A DNA stretch of 64,000 nucleotides from Trichoplax sp. H2 (taxonomy: Eukaryota): positions 1 through 64,000 of the forward strand of contig NOWV01000022.1 of assembly GCA_003344405.1 (NCBI GenBank), written 5' to 3'. Positions 55,301 to 64,000 of this stretch are shown here, in pieces. A program made the position numbers and the translations under genes. The notes beneath the pieces were generated by a model. It worked only from the letters and a program-made list of their open reading frames with translations. It was not told the origin of the DNA and did no database searches. Within the stretch, counting starts at the first letter, position 1, and the number at the start of each line of letters is the position of its first letter.

Positions 55301-58170
55301 TTTTGACCGATAATTCGCTTTAATAAACTATGGAAAAACAGTATTAAATGAACATTACGTTCCATAAATAGCATTTATAACATGCAAAAAACGATCATTT
55401 CTTCTTTAACTTTTTTCGCTCCATCTAATAAAAATTCTAGCACAGTAGTCTGGGATGTATGTTACTTTATTAGATTGTATTGAAAACTTTCTCTATTTTT
55501 GGCTCATCCCTAGTTACCTTAATTAATCATCTTCTACGGATTAAGATTACAAATAGTACGTGAGCGTTAGATGCTGTTGCACAAGGCATAATCCATCGTT
55601 TCACCATTTAGAATAATAATGTTGTCCTAAAATGGATAATGAACAGGTTGATGAAGTAATCATAAGATAATGAGATGACATAAAAAAATGGGTTAACAAT
55701 TATGCCGCCATGTAGTCTCTAACTAGACAAAGCAAATATTAGACAAAAGTAGATATAAAACATAAATAGACACAAAGCGGCCAATATATCGATATTGTTA
55801 AAAGTATTGTTGTCAAAACTGGTTAATCCAAGCCTATTGGTTAACGATTGGAAAAGCAATCAATAATTTTCTTTTCTCTTGTGAATAATAACTATCGAAA
55901 TACAATGTTCATTATAGTCCATCTTTCTTTCCACAGCTGCCTTTCTACGCATTCCATAACTATTATTTCTAGATAACATCTCATCTGATTGGCATAAAAT
56001 CCCTTATAGTCATTATATAGATACTAAATAAATGAATTTGTTGCAGATAAATAAATTGCTTTAGTACTTATATTCATGTACCTGATTATGGAGAATAAAA
56101 TCAATTAGTTATTCCCGAATTAATGTGAAAAAACTTTAATTTTAAAATATTGAATGATTCCGTAAAGAATTACATAGTGATTAAGACTGGATACTATAAA
56201 TTAGTCTATAATACGGCATAAGATTCTGTAATTTATATCATCAGTATACATTCTAGGACAATTTCATATTAACATTTCTCTTTGACCTTCATTTATAGGA
56301 TCCTATGATACATCGTGTCCGCGACAGACAAAATGCAGGTAATTTAATTAAAGCTTGTACTTGATTATTTGGACTTGCTATTTACGGCATTGCATCTGCT
56401 TCAGAAATGGTTATCTTCATAATTTATCATTATCATATTCTTAGTATCATATGTTTTTTACAGAATCGATCTATTTATGATATATATTAAACTGGAAAAA
56501 CATATTTTAAGTTAGTAATCACAGCTACGGTATAAATTGAATCAAATCAAGTATATTTTTATTTTTAAAATGACACCCAAAAAGCATAATTAGAAAATTA
56601 GAATAATAGGCATTAGTGCAATTCTGATTTATTTAGTCTAATTTTATAATAGACGTACGGAGCCCTACTTGCTCTATGTATGGATATCTTTAATTAAGGA
56701 TAAAAAATTATCTGTTCAATATTTCATCTTCTGTTATCAAAAATTACCAATATAGGGTAGGATAATCTGTAGATAATAAGCATTTGCTTAAGCAGAGATA
56801 CAAAGTACCATTTCTTATTTGTTCATGATATCATGATTTAATCTCGTTATAACAGACACTCTGGACAATCTGCCTAAAATTAAATATTTTTTATATTAAA
56901 TTTGAGCTCATAAATCATTTGTAATATAGGCAACGCAATCACCAACGATGACCGCAATTTAAAAAACAACGATGAATTTGAAATATCCCCTAATTTAGTC
57001 TTTTGCCATGTACCGGGCCGTTTGTCCCTACTTAGCTCTACATCAAAGTATAAAGTAAGCGTTGGAGAAGTTGAACGAAGACTTTCATCACCTGAATGCT
57101 TAAATGCATCTCTTCTTGGAGGAGTTTTGCGAAGGTATCAGAAATAGCAGATAATTATTTCTTTATCATAATATTACGTTAATATTCCCATAATTTAATT
57201 ATAGATTGAAAGAAGTAATGACTTAAATTTTGTAAAATAAAGTCAATTGATAGATTAACAATATTTATAAATGTAATGAAAATGCATTATGGCATCACAT
57301 ATCATAGGGCAAAATCCAAGAATGGCGGTAAAAGTTTAAGAGAGAAATTGGAAAAGTATGGTTTACGTTTACCTGCTGGTCGTAGGAAAGCAGCGAGCGT
57401 TACTCTTTTAACATCTTTAGTTGAAGGTTAGGAAACATTGTAAACGTCATAAATTTATATCCCACAAATATTGCCTATCAGTTCAAATAGATTTATATAG
57501 TATTCTGCGTGTTCGTAGAAATTTAAAGATATTGTGGGCATAGTTAAATAATTATAAAATATTATAGTTGTGTATATACCGTATTTACTTGATAAGATTC
57601 GATATACGATTAAAATATTAAGAATTAAATATCATTTAGTCTTATTTGATTGTTTACTTAAAATTAACCGCAGGTGAAGCTAGCCATTTAGCGCGTGATT
57701 TCGATTATGTAAGCAAAACAGAATTTCCAGTTAAGCGGTTAGCTCAATATACGAAAAGACAGCATACTAATGATAAACAAGCTCTAGCAGCAAAAGTGGA
57801 GGCATCATTGTAAGTTGAAAGAGTAATTCTTAAATTAGATGATCTTATTTACTATTTTGATTTTATATCGATAAGATTAGTTGATCATAATGCACATGTA
57901 TACTATAAAAAACTTAGAAAATTGGTCAAGGAATTCCAAGATCTGATTCTTTGCGGTCCACCGGGAATGTCATACGAGTGGGAACCCGGTGTAGATAAAG
58001 ATGTATTTAATGGATTACGTCATTTTGCATTAGTCACTCATGGTTTTGGTACGCCAACAATTGTAACTGCTATCAATGTTTTCCATCGATATCTGGAAGA
58101 GCTATTACAATCTCAAGATAGTAAAGAAAATGATGGAGGCCAAATGGGTAACGGAAAATGTAGTTCATAG
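52363..58170 (+). CDS. TFAP2: Transcription factor AP-2, 6 coding exons, about 441 aa
   Basis: Exons 52363-52935, 56299-56338, 56930-57134, 57308-57426, 57674-57809, 57918-58170 with consistent phases. P/Q-rich N-terminus with [67 protein letters not shown]. Confidence 0.97.
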
Positions 58171-58804
58171 CAGAAGTGAAAGTCGATAATAACTATCGCA
58201 TATAGTCCAAAATTACATCAAATCACATCTCGATATTGCCTCGGCTTGTGCTAATGCTAGATAGTTATATCCATATCTGCTGATTGTTGACAGATGGTTT
58301 ATTACGTTATTCATATAACTGAGAGCATAATTACAAGCTCCATTTTAAATATATGATGTATACTCTTATAACTGATTAACAATTAATTATTATTAATCAT
58401 CCGTCGATACATACATAAAAGATATGAAAGTAGTAATATCATTGTAGAATTTACTTTTATTTAAATTGTTTCCGATTGCTTGTTATTAGTAATAGAATTC
58501 TTCTATAGAGTAGTACATTATATTACAAAATTGATCTCAAGACCGTAGTATAGGGTAATATCAAATATAGATAAGGTGTTTTGTGATGTAAAAAAATTGA
58601 AACAGGATTGCTTAGATTTGATCGGAAATCTTCCTATGCCTTCCTCAACTTACACGTATCATCGTAAGAATGAATAGTATCTCGCTACGTAATTCAGTTA
58701 CAGTTTTGCTTAAATTTTATTATATATTCTGTTAAAGCCCTGTACCATGGTAGATATTATATCTACGAATGAAACGTATATCAATATCTTGTAGAGTATT
58801 GAGG

Positions 58805-58820
58805 ATATTATTATTATTAC

Positions 58821-58854
<34 letters not shown>

Positions 58855-58900
58855 ATTATTACTACTATTATTATTACTATTATTATTGTATCGTTATTAT
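58805..58900. repeat. (TTA)n microsatellite with TAC variants
   Basis: attattattattactattattatt... directly visible. Confidence 0.95.
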
Positions 58901-60725
58901 TAAATATTCATAGATAGTGAAAAGCCGTTGTGGAGAAAATGGTTACATTTAGGTTAATCATTCACTATCTATTTTCGAAGATGAGTGTATGGATAATATT
59001 AATCTTCTATATTCACTCTAATGTGTTTTCTTTCTCTTTTAATAATGATAATTTCATGATGAGAATATACTTTATTAATGTTCTACGTCTAAATTTTGCT
59101 ATGATGAAAATCTCGCATAGTAATATGTATTTAAATATTTGTAACATGCAATCATACATCCCTAAACATGTCACATGCAATTATAATTATATATTTATGA
59201 AAGTAGCTAAAGAATGTTATTTGTCCCACTGCTTGCTTTCCTTTTAAGTATTGAAAGAAAAATGACTGCCAATGTATAATAACATTGTTCTTCTTTCGTT
59301 GATTACTAAAATTTTTACTACGGTTTCACTTTGATTAAATAGTGGTGAAAACAAAAAGTCAACTTTGACTGTTTCAAATTCTTCTAGTTACGAATACTAT
59401 ATACAGCATTCTTTTCATCTATTGTGGCGAAATCGATAAAAATGATTCCCTTTCTTGTTATAATTATTGCTGATTGCCAATTTTTAAGTGCCAATACTAC
59501 TATTTAAAGCAACTTTCTGCCCTTTATTCATATGTTATTTATAATAAACAATTGTAATTTATGCAGTAGTTGATGCGTACTATCATCTACTAGAAATGTC
59601 ATCGATGTATGTATGTTAATGATAGATTTATTAATTAATTAATTTACTAATCATAGCTTGTGGCAATTTCTGCTGTACGAATAGTATATCCGCTTACTGT
59701 TATTTTAATTGGCTAGTTATTTGGTTATATAGCTTTCTGCTTTAACCAATTATCATGATTGCGATTATCTTTGACCTAGTATATAATATATAATAATGAA
59801 TTAAGTAGATTTGATTGCGGCTGTTTTTGTTTTGCTCGTTAAGATTCTATGCTATCTTTAACAGTATAGCATTTGAAAAGTGTTTTTACTTTCTGATCAA
59901 TTTCAATTACCTCTATAATTTTAAATTATCTCTAAATCCTTTTATTTGTCTTTTGAAGTGTCTATTCCATGACATCAATAGTAAATAAATAAATTTACTT
60001 CAGGCCGTAAAATGAAGACTTTTATTTTGATGAAAGTTTACAAAACATTTCTAAGTTCATTCTAAGTGTCTACTAACATCAGTAATATAATAGTTCTGTG
60101 CTGTACATTGTGTAATGAGTAGATCTAAATGTTAATTTTTACAGAGTAACAACATTAGAACATAAATTTATGTAATATTTTACAATAAGTAAAAAAGTTA
60201 TAAATCAAGGAATAGATTGTCAAAGAAATACTGAAATGCAAAGATATGTCGTTTCTAAAAATCAAAGTATCATTACTGAGAGTAGAAAAATTAAGAAATA
60301 CAGAGTGATTACATATACAGTGTGATAGCTGGTCCGTGTTGCATTCAGTGAATTAGTTTTAAACGAGAAATTTCATAAGTAAATATGTACACGGAGGTAC
60401 GGGTTGTCTGAACAGAAACTTCAGACTAGAAAACTAATTGTAATTCAATCATACAATTTTAGAATTCACCGCCGAATACCAGTAAATCTTCCACGTGGAA
60501 TAATAAATGTAACAAGGATATCGTACAAAAGTTGTACAAAACTAAGATAATGTTTATAGGTTTTACTGAGACGGGTAATCTCAGGATATTATCCAGCAGC
60601 AACAAATCAGCGAAGTTGCATTTAAAATAAACGGTAATATAGGATCATCTGATACAGTAACACTTTGTACAGTGTTAAAGTATGAATTTATTTCGGACGG
60701 CTTTAACTCATCTAGCAAACAATAA

Positions 60726-63700
60726 TCAGCTATCTGCTTTATCGCTCTTTTCTGGTGCTTGTGATCTTGTTAAAATTGCGTTTGTCAGCCATATTACAGG
60801 AGAAAATACGTGACATGTTAATACCCTTGATGTAAAAAATTTAGTAATAATTAGTATAATTTGAACTACAAAGTAGATACATATTTTATCTGGGAACTGT
60901 ATCGCATTTTAATTATTTTATTTTCAAACTAAACAATGTTCATAATTAATATATTTTGGTACAATGTAGTAGTATTACTCGAATTTGTTAACATTGAAGG
61001 GTGAAGTAGCCGCAGCACTGCAGATCAGCAAAGGAAAGAAGACGGAAAATACGCATGAACTATAAAATTTCAGAAACATATATTTATTATAGCAATGCCT
61101 ATGGAAATGATCGGTGTCATAGGGTATACTGGTCGAAAATAACGTAGCTTATATATATGGTAATTTGTAACCTTATAAAGAAAGATTCTGGTATATAAGT
61201 TAAAATAGCTAATGGTAGTCCAAAGCCGCAATAAAAAGGTAGATTATATTCAATTCTGTATAGTCTTTCCTGAACAAGAAAACCTACATAAACAAATTCG
61301 TTACGTATGAAAACCACTCAATTATGGGCGTAGAAGAGAAGTAGTAAGTAAATAAATTCTGACTGAAGTAATATATATTTGCTCAAATTTTCATTACCCA
61401 TGTTAATCCACTTATATTCGTAGGCATACAACGAATATAATATAGCCATTTGAAGTATACAAATTGCTCTACCAATGACAGGTATAAAATCAAAAATTGA
61501 TCCCTATTATAATGTTATGTATAGCAGTTTTAGTACATCAAGGTTAATACTGTAGATTGTGTCAGTACAACATTTATTAACTTACTTGCAATAGGAAGAA
61601 AAATTCAACCAAAAGACTGAAAAAAAAGTCCGCTATTATCCTACTACCGGCTTCCACTAGACTACGTACCGAAGAGTTATAGGATTAGATTGAATGCGAA
61701 ATAAGGAATTTAATATAGCATAAAAGTTACTGAATACTATAATACATGCATTAGTTGCTACTACTTTTCTTGAACGTTCTAACACCAAAGTATATGCAGA
61801 GAATACCACTGCCGTATAAGTACAATAAATTAAAAGAATACTTAGTTTAAGAATAATTATATTATTTATGGCTGTTTTATGTTTTTGACACTTAGGAGGT
61901 TAAAATTAAACTGATTAACATCAATAGCTAAATAACGAAATAAATCTAGTAACAGGACGTAAGATTGACATTATGATTTATGAATGCCAGCTGTAATATA
62001 AGAATTTTAATCCAATCAACCTGCTACTTTTGGTTGTCAGTGTTGGTTTTGGCCGACCTCTGTTAGATTGATACGAGTGGATAGCAATTTCCTGCATTAT
62101 GTAGGTTAAGAATACAGTTAATAGATTATATAATGGTCAAGAAACAATAAATGACTAATGATGCGGCTTAACATATGACCAACAAGATAGATTAAGAAAA
62201 AAATATTTGCCGTGTCTACATATAATGAGTATTGTAATAGATTACCAATTGGTTAACATTTCAAGTTATCAAGTATATAATTATGAGTAATTTTTGTAGT
62301 ATTAATTAACTTTAAAATTACCTGAAACCAAAAACTGTTTAAAGGCTTGCTAAGCCAGAATAGAGGGATAACCCACAACATTTTAAATGTGTACGATAGC
62401 AAAGTTTCTATCCAGAACCATAATTGTATGTGATACGATGAATCTGGTATGAATATACCTAGAGTTAAAAAGTATATATAAACAGAATTATTAACTCATC
62501 TACACTACAGACAGACCTATTCTTGTCTACATCCTAAAGATGAAGGCGTTAAATATTGTTTAAAATCTATTTGATAACAACACATTATGTATCTTGCAGT
62601 CCATGAAAGGCGATAAAGAATTGATAATGTACTGTAAATTCGTAACAAAAAACGATGATTGGATATGATTATTATTGCTGTCCTGTTTATGGCATACCGA
62701 ATACGGCTTGTGTGATGTACTTCAGAAAAGGGATTAATCCATGGTCAAAGAACAGTATGCTAAGCTGTAAAAAAAATTTTAACAACTTGGTTGTCGATTT
62801 TCTTACATTGATCCTCATAATTACATATTGAGAAGTTACTTGTTGGCCTTAAATCATATAATACGCGAAATTACACTTATTCTATTACATATAGGATACT
62901 TTAAAATTCTATCCGAGAAGAAGTAGGTGTAAGATTGAGTAGTCAATACTATACACATGTACAGTACAGTAATGTAGCCAATGGTTGAATTTTGCAAGAT
63001 AGATCTTATACGTTATTATTACTATCATTTCATATCATTGATAGTTATTATATCGCCAAAGTGTAAAAAATACTTATAACAATTGCATACATCTTTACAG
63101 TATTTGTCATGTCATACTAAACTGGTTTATATAGCAAGGCGGTAGCTAAAGTAGTAAGCTACATTTTGGACATAATTTAAGTAAGTACTATTTCATTTAA
63201 GGTTTTATAAAGTTATGAACATACTCCAAAGACTCCACCATTCAAAAGTCCACATTGCAGTATTTTACTAGTGATGGGATTGAGTTTCAGCCACGCGTTG
63301 CTATTGGAAAAGAAGAGTTTTAAGATTGATTATCAATTAGTTGATATAAAGTTCAGTTGAATGACGGTGTATGTAAATATTAGGGCAGGATGTGGAATTC
63401 TGCCCGTAACATTAATCTATAGATATATATATATATATGGTATAATCCAGTATGGCCGTGCACTATTACTTGTAAGAACCTTAATCTATAAAAATCATCT
63501 ATTAATCAATGTGTTTTGATTACGATGATTTCATCCAAGTAATCGACGAAGGCTAGGCATAACAACGGTATCAAAATGGAGTGGATAACTGTATAATTTA
63601 TTTTATAATTGTCAATCATAGTAAGTACCGGTATTGCTCGTATTCATACTAGGAGCTAGTAGCAATGGGAGAGTCGAGAAGGCATTACAGTAGCCTAATG

Positions 63701-63950
63701 CGATCATTCGCTTTCTATTTTATAACTGTTGTAGTCCAGCTTACAAGTACAGTACGAGTATTGATATAATGAACAGGTGTAGAGTAGACGTTCATACGCG
63801 TACGTATAGCACGTACGCGTATGTTATGCTGTTAAAAGTGTTTAGACTTCAGATTGAGATCTATAGAGTCAATTCAATAATATTTACCAATACATAATCC
63901 TTAACTATGAGCAGCATGTCGATATCAAAAATGATCCTTTCTAAAGACAT
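60726..63950 (-). CDS. EI24: EI24 / etoposide-induced protein 2.4 homolog (ER membrane autophagy protein), about 12 exons, about 329 aa
   Basis: Firm exons: 63225-63300 (ILQCGLLNGGVF), 62698-62764, 62322-62458 (LWVIPLFWLSKPLNSFWFQ), 62021-62091, 61586-61661 (SRIIADFFFSLL), 61398-61503 (LYSLYAYEYKWINMG), 61172-61283 (PFYCGFGLPLAILT), 60979-61059 (CVFSVFFPLLICSA), 60726-60825. The 5' exons 63888-63950, 63629-63710 and 63480-63498 are tentative. Confidence 0.92.
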
Positions 63951-64000
63951 CCTGCATTTTGTAATAAGATCAACTACAGAATAAATGATCGTAGTGTAAA

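Noticed and set aside
58930..59247. 105-aa hydrophobic ORF downstream of TFAP2
   Set aside because: Non-ATG start and composition typical of AT-rich non-coding DNA; no family motif.
34377..63950. Functional clustering of SIGMAR1 and EI24 as ER-contact or autophagy genes
   Set aside because: They are about 25 kb apart with unrelated genes between, and nothing in the sequence supports co-regulation.

Overview
AT-rich eukaryotic (animal) genomic DNA with short GT-AG introns. Gene content, short introns and CAGTA/TACTG repeats suggest a compact early-branching metazoan such as a placozoan (inference only). Five genes were assembled by hand from splice sites. (1) A giant minus-strand spectraplakin (MACF1/dystonin/Shot family) at <1..~30194, with tandem CH domains, a plakin domain with SH3, an acidic insert and a long spectrin rod; roughly 7,000 aa lie in this window, including one 7,191-nt exon, and the gene runs off the left edge. 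(2) SIGMAR1 (-), head-to-head with (3) EIF3H (+). (4) TFAP2/AP-2 (+), preceded by ~12 kb with no recognisable gene. (5) EI24 (-), split into small exons and almost invisible in the ORF track. Most notable: an alternating two-repeat super-repeat in the rod, the skippable giant exon, possible ancient plakin-TFAP2-EIF3H linkage, a 3-copy 60-bp spaced repeat, and a hammerhead-like RNA candidate at ~40.1-40.25 kb.
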